Assembly: GCA_965213685.1 (NCBI GenBank)
Contig: CBDBZY010000031.1
Coordinates: forward strand, 160,001 to 224,000
Source of the DNA: a bacterium
GTDB lineage: Bacteria; UBA8248
Reading direction: 5' to 3'
DNA: 64,000 nt
Both the position numbers and the translations under genes were made by a program. A model generated the notes under the pieces. It did no database searches, was not told the origin of the DNA, and saw only the letters and a list, made by a program, of their open reading frames with translations. Below are positions 22,228-34,256 of this stretch, piece after piece (positions within the stretch are counted from its first letter, which is position 1; each line of letters starts with the position of its first letter).

Positions 22228-25158
22228 GTGGAAAAACAATCCAGACCCCAGCTCGGCGTCGACGGCCCGTTACGCGCTCAGACGAAGCGGTCTGGGCGCC
22301 GTTCTGTTTCGACTCCTCCGTCCGGGAGACGCCGCAGCCGCCACGATCAGCGCGAACGCCTTGCGCCTGAGGTTCGTGTTCCGAACCACAGACATACCCC
22401 TCGGAGACATCGAGAAGGTTGCGTTGCAGACAGGGCGACTCTGGGGGCGCGTGAGCGTCTCTCACGCCTTCGGGGCGGCGGCCGTGTCCGGGCTGTCGCG
22501 CAAGAACGCGCAGGGGTTCGCGGCCGCGCTGGAGGCCGCCAGGGGCGATTGGTGGCGCAAGGTGCTCGCCGAACGGGCCGGGACGCTCCATTCCGTCCAT
22601 GACCGCGTGGCGAATTTCGAGGCCGCGGCCGTCTACGCGACGCGCAGCGCGTTTGCCGCACTCAAGCGCGACATCGTGAAGGCGGTCCGCGAGTTGCCGA
22701 CCACATGGCCGGACGCGCTGTCGGGTGCCCGCGAAGTCCGGATGCTGGACAAGATGCGGCGCTTCCTGGCCGGTGCCAAAAACCTCCGGGAGAGAACGAA
22801 CGAGGTCTATCTCACGAAGGAGCTGGAGCGGTCGCGCGCGTTCTTCGATCAGGTGGAAGAGAGGCCGCTCACTGACGAGCAACGCAGAGCGGTCGTTGTG
22901 GACGAGGAGCGCAATCTGGTGGTCGCCGCCGCCGGCAGCGGCAAGACCTCGGTGCTTGTCGCGAAGGCCGGGTGGCTCATCGACAAAGGCCACCGACGAC
23001 CGTCGGAGCTGTTGCTGCTGGCCTTCGCAAAAAACGCCCAGAAAGAACTCGAAGAGCGGATGAGGAGGCGTCTCCGCCGTCGGGTAACGATTCGCACATT
23101 CCACAGTCTCGGCATGTCGATTCTCGGCGAAGCCGAAGGCAAGAGGCCCACGCTGGCCAGATTCGCCGAAGACGAAGCGAGGCTGAGCGATCTGCTGAAG
23201 AAGATCGTGAGCGACTTGCTCGCCAACCGGAAACTCTCGGGGCTCCTGAAGTGGTTCCAGGAGCAGCTCGCACCCTACAAGAGCCAGCATGCGTGCCGAA
23301 GTTGGCGCGAGTACCATGAACACCTTCACCGCTACGGGCTCCGCTCGCTGAACGGGGAGAAGGTGAAGAGCCACGAGGAGTGCGAGATCGCCAACTTCCT
23401 CTACCTCAACGGCGTGCCCTACAAGTACGAAGCTCCCTATGAGCACGATACCCGCACGCGGGAGAAGCAGCAGTATCGCCCCGACTTCTACCTCCCCGAA
23501 GCCAAAATATACATTGAGCATTTCGGGATCGACGCAAACGGAAACCCCGCGCCGTTCGTCGATAAGAAAGAGTATCGCGAAGGAATGGACTGGAAGCGTG
23601 GGGTGCACCGGGAGAAAGGCACCGTCCTGATCGAGACCTTCTCCCATGAGCGCGCCTCCGGCAGGTTGAGCGACAGTTTGAAGAGGAAGCTGACCGCGCG
23701 CGGCGTGTCCCTCTCGCCGCGCCCCCAAACCTCGATCTTCGACACCCTCAATCGGCAGGGCTGGATCGATCCGTTCATACATTTGCTGGCGAAATTTCTG
23801 AACCTTTACAAGAGCGCGCGGCTGTCCTTCCAGGACATTGTCCGCCGCCTCCCATCGGGCCCCGAACCCAGGCGGCGGGCCGAGGCGTTCCTGACCGTGT
23901 TCCGACCGATCTTCGAGGGCTACCAGGAAAGGCTCGGCGGGCGGAGAGAGATTGATTTCCACGACATGATCAACAAGGCGGCGGAACATGTGGAGGCCGG
24001 ACGCTATCGCAGCCCGTTCGGCTACATCCTGGTTGACGAGTTCCAGGACATCTCGCCCGGCAGAGCGCGGCTGCTGAAAGCGTTGCTGGAGCAGTCCCCC
24101 ACCGCTCGGTTGTTCGCCGTGGGCGACGACTGGCAGGCGATATACCGCTTCGCCGGATCGGACATCGCCATCATGCGCGAGTTCGGCAAGCGCTTCGGCA
24201 GCAGCGAGCGGTGCGATCTCGAGACGACCTTCAGGTGCGCCGACCGCATCGCCTCGGTCGCGACCGAGTTCATCCTTCGCAACCCCGCGCAGATCCGCAG
24301 GGAGGTGCGCTCCACACGCCCCGCGGGCGAGCCGTGCGTGCACGTCGGACTTCCCGGCGACGGAAACCTTCCCCTGCTAGGCGAAGCGCTCGGGAGGGTC
24401 GCGGCCGGACGCCGCCAGACATTCTGACAGGTCAAGCGTTCTGCTGTTGGGACGCTACAAGCACCTGCGCCCGAAGCATCTGACCAGATTGGCCAGGCAG
24501 CATCCCCGCCTGGAGCTCTCCTACCAGACCGTGCATGGGGCGAAGGGGCTTCAGGCCGATTACGTGGTGGTGCTCGGCCTGTGCGCGGGGAAATACGGCT
24601 TTCCGGCGGAGGTCGACGATGATCCGCTCCTCGATCTCGTCCTCTCGGCACCCGAACCATATCCCAACGCCGAGGAGCGGCGCCTGTTCTATGTCGCCCT
24701 GACCCGGGCGAGACGTCAGGTCTTCCTTCTCGCGGACGAAGAGCCGCCGTCTTCCTTCGTCCGGGAACTGCTCGAGGGAAACTACGACGTCACCGTTTTC
24801 GGGCGGTTGCCCGAGGAAGATGTGCCCTGTCCGGCATGCGGGACGGGGCGTCTGGGTGCGGCGCGAGGATGCGCGCAAGCGCACCTTCTACGGCTGCTCG
24901 AACTCCTATTGCAAGCACACGCAGGCCCCCTGCCCCGCCTGCGGCACGGGATTGCCAATCCAGGAGGCGGACAAGGGACTCCGCTGCCGAGATTGCAAAC
25001 TGTCGCTCGAGGCTTGCCCCGTCTGCGACGGCTGGCTACAACGCCGGTTCGGGCGGCACGGCCCCTTCATCGGCTGCTCCAAATACCCCGCGTGCAAATA
25101 CACCCGCAACGTCACGGAACACCGGCGGCGCCGCGGCGACGTTGCCGGTTCCGTGTGA
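22228..25158 (+). CDS. UvrD/HelD (helicase IV)-like helicase with nuclease-like insert and C-terminal zinc ribbons; frameshifts near 24407 and 24855, start uncertain
   Basis: AAAGSGKT, VDEFQD, VGDDWQAIYRF, TVHGAKGL, EERRLFYVALTRA; CPACG..FYGCSN and CPVC..FIGCSKYPAC. Confidence 0.85.
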
Positions 25159-25160
25159 CA

Positions 25161-25180
25161 AGAGAACCCGTGCGCCGCCC
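25161..25180. repeat. Right 20-bp direct repeat flanking the helicase gene
   Basis: AGAGAACCCGTGCGCCGCCC. Confidence 0.75.
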
Positions 25181-25199
25181 CGACGAGGAGAACGGACGA

Positions 25200-25925
25200 A
25201 TGGACAGAGGAATTTGGGCGATATGGTATGACCTTCCCGAGGAGGGAGGGGAGGAATACATCTCCTGGCTACACGAAGTGCATATTCCCCGCGCACTCCA
25301 GCGACCGGGCTACCTGTGGGCGGCGCACGTCAAGAACGTCGTCACGCCGGAGCGGGAGGCGCGCATCCGTCAAATCGTTCACCACACGCAAGATCGGAGC
25401 GTCCCGGCGGGCGTGCAATACCTGATGCTTTTCGGCGCCTTGGGCCCCACCGTTTTTCTCGATCCGAGTCCTGCGCAAATCCGCGAGAAGATGACGCCGG
25501 AGGCGCGCGAGATGCTGGGACGGCGACGCAACCCGCGCTCCTCCATTTTCATGGAGCACAACCGCATCGCCGGCCCCGAGGTCAAGTCCCGGGCGCCGGG
25601 CATCACGCCGGGCCCCGCCATCCAGATGGGAACCTTCAACATCAACGCCGTAGAAAACGAGGACGAACTCGGGAGTTGGTACGCCCAGGAGCGGATGCCG
25701 CGCCTCACGAAAATGGAGGGATGCGTCGGGGCGCGCAACCTGGTCTCCGTCTCCGGCTGGGCCAAGCACGCCATCCTCTACGAGTGGGTTTCGCTCGAAT
25801 CCCTTCAGGAGAATTTCATCACGGAGAAGATACCGCGCTCGCGCCGGGCGGTGAGTACCCTGGTGCACGCGCCCAGTTCCCCCAGCCTGGGAGAGCGCAT
25901 CTGGCCGCCCGCGAGGAATTTTTGA
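25200..25925 (+). CDS. Hypothetical protein, two EthD-like dimeric alpha/beta barrel repeats
   Basis: EYISWLHEVHIP...RPGYL and LGSWYAQERMP...MEGCVGAR; GAGGAG RBS. Confidence 0.65.
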   Translation: MDRGIWAIWYDLPEEGGEEYISWLHEVHIPRALQRPGYLWAAHVKNVVTPEREARIRQIVHHTQDRSVPAGVQYLMLFGALGPTVFLDPSPAQIREKMTPEAREMLGRRRNPRSSIFMEHNRIAGPEVKSRAPGITPGPAIQMGTFNINAVENEDELGSWYAQERMPRLTKMEGCVGARNLVSVSGWAKHAILYEWVSLESLQENFITEKIPRSRRAVSTLVHAPSSPSLGERIWPPARNF

Positions 25926-25990
25926 CCCTCTGGGGCTGACGCCCGGAGCCCCGCAAGGGAGCGCCAGCCCGCACGGGCGGCGGGCCGGGC

Positions 25991-27376
25991 TCAATACGCG
26001 AGCTGCGAGAATCCCTCGAAGAGGCGGACGAGAAATTTCTCGGACTGGAGCACCCCCCGCACCTGCGCGTATTCGTTCGCCGCGTGCTTTCGCATGGCGT
26101 GGCAGGGCAGCCCCCCGATCCAGGGCACCCCGAGTTCTTCTGTCCACAGCGCCACAGGCATCCCCGCCGGGTGCACGGGCCAGACCTCGGGGTCGGCGCC
26201 CATCTCCGAATGCGCCTTCAGAAAACACTGGACGACGGGGTGATCCGGCGGCGTTCCCCCGCCCGCGTAGCGGTTGTTCACCACGAACTCGACGTCGCCA
26301 TAACCTCCCTCGGACAGAATGCGCCGAACGTTTTCGACCCGCTCATCGGGGTCCTCGCCGGGCTGGAAGCGCATGTTCACCACCGCCTGCGCCTCCGAGG
26401 GGATGCTGACCTTCACCGACTTCCCCTCGCCGATGAATCCCGCCTGCAGGCCGATGACGGTGAATTCCGCCTGAAACAGATGGGCGCGAACCGCCGCGTG
26501 GAAATCCTCCTGCCGAAACCGACGCACCCCCAGGCGCTCCTTCATCATCTCCGGGTCCATGCGCTCCGAGAGCCGGCGGCACAGCGCCTCCTGGGAGTCG
26601 CTCGGCGTCCAGCCCTCCCCGTTTTCGTATATCTCCCGCAGCCTCTTCTGCAGATGGGCGATCGCCTCGACGAGATGCTCGGCGGGATTGTCCACCCAGT
26701 TGCAGTTGAGCGCGTGCATCTCGTTTCCCACCGGTCCGCCCCACGCCCCGGGACGGCAGAAGAGCCTGCCCATCAGGTTCCCCTTGAGGCCCAGCGGCAC
26801 GATCGGCGTGCCGTCGGCCTGGGCCATCGGACAGAGCCAATAGGCCGCGTTCGCCCGCTTCATCCTCTCCTTGTAGCGGGGGAAGAAATCCCGGATGCCG
26901 CCGCTGCCGAGCTCGGAGGCCTCGTGGACGAACATCAAATTGAGCGGGAGCCTCTCGCCGGCGGCGCGCGCCGCGCAGACCGCGTTCATCACGCAGGCGA
27001 TCCCCGTCTTCATGTCCTCCGCCCCCCGGCCCACGACGCAGCGCCCCAGGCCGTCGAGTTCCTGAATCTGCGGGTCGAACGGGGGGTTGACCCAGTTCGG
27101 CTCATCGGCGGGCGTCACGTCGTAGAGGCCGTGGCAAAGGAGCGTCCTGTCCGCCCCCTCGTCTATCAGGCCGTAGACCACCGGAAACTCCGAAGTCGCC
27201 ACCACCTCCGCCTCGCCGCCGACCTCGCGAATCTCCTCCGCCAGCATCTGCGCCATCTCCGCGTTCCCGAGGTTTCGGGCGGATACGCTCGGCTGGCGGA
27301 TATACCGCAGGAGGCGTTCGATGTGCGAGGCCTCGAAATCCTTTTCGATCTGCGCGATCACCCGTTCGACGTTCAT
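25991..27376 (-). CDS. M20/M25/M40 family metallo-hydrolase
   Basis: IRQPSVS, LYDVTP, GRGAEDMK, KHAANE. Confidence 0.85.
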   Translation of the reverse strand: MNVERVIAQIEKDFEASHIERLLRYIRQPSVSARNLGNAEMAQMLAEEIREVGGEAEVVATSEFPVVYGLIDEGADRTLLCHGLYDVTPADEPNWVNPPFDPQIQELDGLGRCVVGRGAEDMKTGIACVMNAVCAARAAGERLPLNLMFVHEASELGSGGIRDFFPRYKERMKRANAAYWLCPMAQADGTPIVPLGLKGNLMGRLFCRPGAWGGPVGNEMHALNCNWVDNPAEHLVEAIAHLQKRLREIYENGEGWTPSDSQEALCRRLSERMDPEMMKERLGVRRFRQEDFHAAVRAHLFQAEFTVIGLQAGFIGEGKSVKVSIPSEAQAVVNMRFQPGEDPDERVENVRRILSEGGYGDVEFVVNNRYAGGGTPPDHPVVQCFLKAHSEMGADPEVWPVHPAGMPVALWTEELGVPWIGGLPCHAMRKHAANEYAQVRGVLQSEKFLVRLFEGFSQLAY

Positions 27377-30284
27377 CAGGAAGGCTCCCCGGCGCGAGGC
27401 GAGGGCCGCGTGCTCTTGCCCCCGTGCACGCTCGGCTCGGCGCACCACTGGCGGCGGACGACGTCGAAATCGGCCGCGACATCCGCCGGAACGCCGAGCA
27501 AATCCACAAGCAGGGCATGGTCCAGCGCCTTCCTGTTAGCGTCATGGTAACTCTCGTTCGCGGGCAGGAACCGCGCGTCGCGGAAACGCTCGAACAGGGC
27601 GTCAGCCTTCGCCAGCATCGTCTTGTCGAACTGTCGGGGGTCGATGGACAGCAGCGATGGCAAGGCGGAGATCGTTACAATCGTTCTCCCTGGCTGTTGT
27701 CTAGCGCCAGTCCACCAATAAAGCATCAAGCCCAACGTTGAATTGAACCAGAGGACGACGGCCTTCTCATGCTCGACTTCGTCCAGAACGAAGTTTGGCC
27801 AAGCACGGCCCCCCAGGGTCTTCTCCGGCGTCAGGCAGGCCGCCAGACTCTGCGAGTTCAACCCGAAATCAAGCGTAAAATGAAGCCGGGAGGCGAAGCG
27901 CGTCCAGGCGTCCGCCGCTTTGTCCTCGTATCCCTTTCGCACCAGCAGCGCGCAATCGGCATCGACGACAAAGGAACGCTCGCGCGCGGCGGCATGGCTC
28001 CAGAGGCTGGGATAGGTGGGGAACTGCCCGGGACGCAGCGGCGCCTTGTCGAACGGCCCTCGCGCGGGTGTTCCTGTAATATCCCGATGCAACAAACCTC
28101 GACTTCCCAATTCCCCTAATCTGACGGCGGGCAAATTTATCTGTTCTCTCGTTCGCGGAGCGAAAAATATTCCATCCAACAACGCGAGCATGAACCGGGC
28201 GATGTCGGCTTCCGCCAAACCCGCGTAGCCGCAACTGAATTGCCCGGCATTGATGTAACCGCCGTTGCTGTCCTCACCGCCGATGGCGATGCGTCCGGTA
28301 CCCGGTTGACGGTCGGCCCCGGCTACGAACTTCGCCAGTTCGACGGCCTCGACGTGGTGGAGCGGGCGACGCCGCAGGTTGACGAACTGGAAGGCGGATT
28401 TTTTCGGCCTCCCCCCCCCTCCATTCTTCGTGGCGAGGACCAGCACTTCCGCTATGGACGTATCAGCGGAAAAGGCCCGGTTGCCCATACCGGTATCGGC
28501 AATAGAAACAACCGTTATGTCCTGATAACAATCTATCAGCAGATTCCGCGCGGCTTCCCATGATTGGCCGGAGGCGAAGGTCGCCGGCAGCACGAGTGCC
28601 AGGACGCCGCCCGGCTTCAGCTTGACGTGCGCCAGATCGATGAAGTTCGACGCCAGCCCGGCGTTGCCGTGGCCGGCGGGCTGCGGGAGGCTCCTGCGTA
28701 TTTGTTTCAGCCGGGAGCTCATGGCCTTCTGCTCCTCGTCGGACGTCCGGAAGCCCGCGAAGGAGGGAACCGGCACGCCTATTTTTCCGGCTTCATGCCC
28801 CGTCGGGCGCGTGAAGGGCGGATTCATGATCATGACGTCGAAAAAATCGTGCGGGACGCCGATTTTCTCGTCCGCCTCCTCGTTCTTTTGGCTCTTCTGG
28901 CCAGCCACCTTTTCACCCAGGCTGAACAGGGGCGTCACAGAAACCTGGTCGATGAGATCCAGCGAGCCGATGTGCGGATGCCCGTTCTTCTCGTCTTGGC
29001 CATAGGGCATCGTCAGAATCTTGGTGGCTCCGAAGACGCGGGCGGGATGGGCGTTCGACAGGGTGGACGCCCCAGATGCGTGGCGGCGGGCATGATGTCG
29101 GCAGCGTAAAGCGCCTCCTCGATCATGGCGGAATGCACCTCGGCGTCGTCGCGTCCCGCCCGGCGGTGGCGGGCCAGCATCGCGTGGTAGAGTGCGCCGA
29201 TGAGGGTTCCGGTTCCGCAGGCGAGATCGGCGACCCGCAAGCCCTTCACCGCGTCCGCACTTGACCAGTCCGTTCGCAGCCTGGCGACGGCGAGCTCGGC
29301 GAGCAAGGTGGCGGACACCGGAAGTGTATAGAAGGTGGCGAGGAACTTTCTGTCGGCGATGAGTTTTTGGAACATGCGCCCCGACAGGTCATTGAGGCTC
29401 GTCGCGCCCATGTTCGCCAGGGTGGACGCCGTCCGGTAAAGCAGGTCCAGCACCCGATTCGCCTGAGGCGTCGGCATGGACCTCAGCAAATCCGAAGCAA
29501 TCTGAAAAATCGGCCAGTAGTTGACGTTTTCGACAATCCACTGCCAGGCGCTGATGACTTCCGTATTGACGAATCCGGTCGGACCTTTCAATTCGCCAAT
29601 CGCGGAGATGTCCCCTTCCCCCTCGACCCGCGTATGGAACACGGCGGCGTTGGCGATAATGGCGACGGCCATGCGGTTGGTCTGCTCCCCAGGCGACTGG
29701 TGCAGACGCCCGGCGATTTTGCGGAGAATTTCCTCGCGCGCCGTCTTGAGGACGTTGGCGGCCTGGGTGACGCCCTCCTCCAAGACATCCGTGGTTCTCG
29801 ATATGAGGGATTCGGACAGGGTTACCGACTCCAGGCAGTTCGCCACGTCGTCGACGCCGCCATCGAGCCAGCCCCGCTCAGGCCATCTTTGGAGCCCGCC
29901 GGTTTTCGTTTCGGAAAGAACGCAGTAGGTGAAGGTCGCCCGCTCGATGGCTTCCGCGATTCCGCTCTGCCCGACGGTGCGCAGCTCGCCCGGAACCCGA
30001 AGCGCGATGGCGTTCTCTATCTTTCTCCCGTCGCTCGCCAGGCACTCTCCCAACCGGTCGACTGCGTCCTGCTCCACGCCGGCGGCGGGCGGGAACTCCG
30101 TTTCCAGTGCCACCGGCGAGCTGCCCGGAGGGGAGAGGAGCAGGTCGGGTTGCTTTCCCGGCGCGCCCTTCAGGACGCCCGTCTGCTCGACGCCGATGGC
30201 GTCCTTCCAGAGCGGATGCTTCCCGCGAAGCACGTCGCCGAGGGAAGAATTGAAGAACCCCTCACTCGTGGACGCCATCGCCAT
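27376..30284 (-). CDS. Type IIG-like restriction-modification protein (adenine MTase), frameshift near 29071
   Basis: TFYT, DLACGTG (motif I), NPPF (motif IV), N-terminal PD...ETE, C-terminal TRD-like region. Confidence 0.8.
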
Positions 30285-30600
30285 TGCGCGGAACTCCGGG
30301 GCTTCGGGGCGGATTTTCGGGCGAAGGGCCCCCGCACAGCCGGAAGGAATCACGTTGGGGCTTCCGCCGCCTCACACAGACCCTCGGGACGCACGCCAGC
30401 GGGAACGGAACGGTGGCAAGCGTAAAGGCTGCGCAGTGGATGCGTCAACCGGAAAGCCGCGGCCGATGGGCACTGCGCACATCCGGAATCAGCCTTCAGC
30501 GGCTACTCGCGGGAGACGCCCCGCGCGGACGCGATGGATTGCGCGAGAGAGGGGGGACGCGCGGGAGAGAATCCCCCCCCCCCCTCTTTTTTGGGGGTCG

Positions 30601-31038
30601 CTATGAACGCACGCGCAGCCGCTCGGGCTCGATGATGGCCTCCACCTCTATCTCTACCAGCGCGTCGGGCGGGCCGAGCCGGGAGATTTCGATCAGCGTG
30701 CTGGCCGGGCGAACGTTCTTGAAGTATTTGAAGCGCTCATCGGAGTGCTTGTAGTATTCCATGATGTCGGTCACATAGGTCGTGGAGCGCACGATGTCAT
30801 CGAACGTCGCGCCCGCGTGGGCCAGCCCCTTGCCGATGTTCTCGCAGGTGACCCGTATCTGGGTGCGCATGTCGCCCACGCCCTCCACCTCGCCGCTGGG
30901 CTTTCGGGGCACCTGGCCGGAAAGGTAGATGTGGGCGTGGTCCGCGCCGTGGATCGTCACCACGGGCACATACAGCAACTCGCCATTCTCCACGCGCGCC
31001 CACATGTCGTCGGGCTGCATGAACTGTCTCTGGATCAT
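30601..31038 (-). CDS. RidA family protein
   Basis: IYLSGQ, RPASTLIEI, LVEIEVEA. Confidence 0.9.
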   Translation of the reverse strand: MIQRQFMQPDDMWARVENGELLYVPVVTIHGADHAHIYLSGQVPRKPSGEVEGVGDMRTQIRVTCENIGKGLAHAGATFDDIVRSTTYVTDIMEYYKHSDERFKYFKNVRPASTLIEISRLGPPDALVEIEVEAIIEPERLRVRS

Positions 31039-31066
31039 GTTTTCGGCTCCCCCCTGTGATTTGCGC

Positions 31067-31882
<816 letters not shown>

Positions 31883-31904
31883 GACACACCCCCATCCGCG
31901 CGCT

Positions 31905-32768
31905 CTATTCGCGCAGCGTTCCCCAACGCTGGACCGTGGCCAGCTCGATGCTCCGCAAGAAGACGCGCTCCACGATGACGCCCAGAATGCCCACGACCAC
32001 CACCCCCCCATACATCATGTCCGCCGCCAGGAAATCCCGGGCCGCGAAAATCCGGAAGCCCAGCCCCGCCTCGAGGGCGACTATCATCTCGCCCGTCACG
32101 ACGATGCGCCAGGCGCGGCTGAAGGCAATGCGGTAGCCCGCGATCAGGCTCGGGAGCGCGCCCGGAACCATCACCTGGAAGAAGAGGGTCATTCCCTTCG
32201 CGCCCATCGCCCTTCCGGCGCGGATGAGGGAGGCGTCCACGGTCTTGACGCCCGTCCAGGCGTTCACCATGACGGTGATCATGCCCTCGAACCAGAGCAC
32301 GGAGATCAGGGTGAAATCGCTCAGCCCGAACCACAGGATGACGATGGGAAACAGCGCGAGGCCCGGCACGGCCAGGAAAAAGTACATCGGCGGCGCGAGA
32401 ACCCGCTCCACCGTCTTGTTCATTCCCATGACCAGCCCGACCAGGGTTCCGGAGACGATGGCGAGGGCCGCGCCGATCAGGAGCCGGTAGAGGGAAACGT
32501 AGATGTCGAGCCAGAGGATGCCGGACTTCGCCTGCTTCACCATCGTGAACCAGATGGTCTCCAGCGGCGGAAACAGGACGGGGTGCAGCGTCCCGGAGTG
32601 CGCAAGCAGCTCCCAGAAGACGAGCAGGCCGATGAGGGGCGCGGCCATCTGCAGGAAGGCCTTGCCGGAGTTTCGCACCACCACGCCCCAGTTTGGCGGC
32701 CCGAGCTTTCTCTTCTCGGTCCCCGGCGCTTCTGCGGTCTGATCCTGCGCTCTGTCGGCCGACGCCAC
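31905..32768 (-). CDS. NitT/TauT ABC permease
   Basis: LFPP, SLYRL, RAMGA, PGALP, GLGF. Confidence 0.92.
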   Translation of the reverse strand: MASADRAQDQTAEAPGTEKRKLGPPNWGVVVRNSGKAFLQMAAPLIGLLVFWELLAHSGTLHPVLFPPLETIWFTMVKQAKSGILWLDIYVSLYRLLIGAALAIVSGTLVGLVMGMNKTVERVLAPPMYFFLAVPGLALFPIVILWFGLSDFTLISVLWFEGMITVMVNAWTGVKTVDASLIRAGRAMGAKGMTLFFQVMVPGALPSLIAGYRIAFSRAWRIVVTGEMIVALEAGLGFRIFAARDFLAADMMYGGVVVVGILGVIVERVFLRSIELATVQRWGTLRE

Positions 32769-32790
32769 GAAAACTCCCTTCCCTCTCGTC

Positions 32791-34119
32791 CTAGGTTTGA
32801 AGAGCTTCTATTTGTCCGGGGGCGGGCAGGTTCGCGTGCGGGTCTTCGGGAATGATGGCCGGGTCCCTCTCCCGGGAGCAGAGGTCCAGCGCCGCCAGGG
32901 CGTAGACCCTGGTCGCGTTCACCAGCGTCTGGACGTTGATGTGCTCGCCCATCTCGGCGTTCCAGCCGTAGCTGGTCGTCGTCGTATGGCCCGCCGGCCC
33001 ATACGTGATGGTCTGGATGCCGTAGCGGTTCATGTGGGCGCCGTCGAGATAGGAGGTCTTCAAGATGATGTTGGGTTTCTCTCCCATCACGTCCTCATGC
33101 GCCCGGATCATCGCCCGAGAGGGCAGGGAGTCGACGGGAATGCCGGAGGGGGGATGCGAGCAGAACACCTCCACCCGGGCCTCGATATCCGGATGCTCCC
33201 GGTTGGCCTGCGCGACGACCCCCTTGAACTCCGCCTGCACGTCCTGAATCTTTTGCCCCGGAACCAGGCGAACGTCCACGTACAGACGGCACTCCACGGG
33301 CGAGCGCGCGCAGCGATACGGCCACCCCCCCTCGATGGCCGCCACGTTGACGTGGGGACGCTCCCCCAGGAACTCGTTGCGCGACCGGTATTCGGGAATC
33401 CACCTGCGGATGGCCGCCTGCACCCTTTCCATCCGCTCGATGGCGCTGGCCGTATAGTCTCCGTAGCACGTATGCCCCATCAGCCCCCGCGTCGTGATCT
33501 TGAACCACACCGTGCCCCCGTGCCAGGGGGCGACCTGCATCCCGGTCGGCTCGCCGAGGATGCAGAAATCCGTCAGGTAGCCGTGCGAGATGAGGTGCCG
33601 GGTGCCGACGCCGTAGCCGTCGTAGAGGACGTCCTGATACTGATCGACGCGATTTTTCTCGATCTCCCCCACGACGGAGGCCAAAACGATGTCGCCCTTG
33701 AGCTCCACGCCGGCGTCCGCCAGCGCCTTCGCCGCGCCCAGGTAGGAGACGTCGGCGCTCTTCATGTTGAAGGCGCCGTTTCCGATGATCCAGTCGCCGT
33801 CGCGAATCGCCTTGTTCTTGTAGCCCGGCTGGGTGAGCTCCGGCTCCTCGCCGGAATAGGAGGTGTCCAGGTGGCCGTTGAACATCAGGGAATAGCCGCC
33901 GCCCGCACCGGGCGATATGCCGACCGCGTTGTAGCGGCCCTCGGCCACCTTCTGCAAATGCGCCTCGAAGCCGGCCTCCTCGTACTTCGCGTGCATGTAG
34001 CGGGCCGCCTCCTCCTCGGAACCGGTGGGACTCGGTATGTCCACAAGCTCCATCGTCGTCTTCACGAGAAAATCCTCGTCCACCGCTTCGACGACCTTTT
34101 TTTGCAACGCATCCATCAT
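32791..34119 (-). CDS. M20 family metallopeptidase (ArgE/DapE-like)
   Basis: IPSPTGSE, FNGHLDT, GAFNMKS, GEPT, YGP. Confidence 0.87.
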   Translation of the reverse strand: MMDALQKKVVEAVDEDFLVKTTMELVDIPSPTGSEEEAARYMHAKYEEAGFEAHLQKVAEGRYNAVGISPGAGGGYSLMFNGHLDTSYSGEEPELTQPGYKNKAIRDGDWIIGNGAFNMKSADVSYLGAAKALADAGVELKGDIVLASVVGEIEKNRVDQYQDVLYDGYGVGTRHLISHGYLTDFCILGEPTGMQVAPWHGGTVWFKITTRGLMGHTCYGDYTASAIERMERVQAAIRRWIPEYRSRNEFLGERPHVNVAAIEGGWPYRCARSPVECRLYVDVRLVPGQKIQDVQAEFKGVVAQANREHPDIEARVEVFCSHPPSGIPVDSLPSRAMIRAHEDVMGEKPNIILKTSYLDGAHMNRYGIQTITYGPAGHTTTTSYGWNAEMGEHINVQTLVNATRVYALAALDLCSRERDPAIIPEDPHANLPAPGQIEALQT

Positions 34120-34256
34120 GATTCCCGATTCTCCCTCTCAGACCGACACGGATTCGCGCGCATGCCCCGCGGCCCCCCTCCGGAGGGGGCAGATTCACAA
34201 CCCTCCGGAGGAGCGGAAAACCCGCGCTCGGGATTATCTAAAATCTCCCGCCTCAC

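Noticed and set aside
21782-24343. Long antisense ORFs (853 aa here; also 16873-19002, 56888-59149, 9196-10908)
   Set aside because: Shadows of real high-GC genes on the opposite strand, with no motifs.
24447-25925. 492-aa helicase/EthD fusion, and the 637-aa ORF 44707-46620
   Set aside because: Artefacts of a frameshift or stop-poor GC-rich frames; the downstream genes have their own RBS and ATG (25200, 45711).
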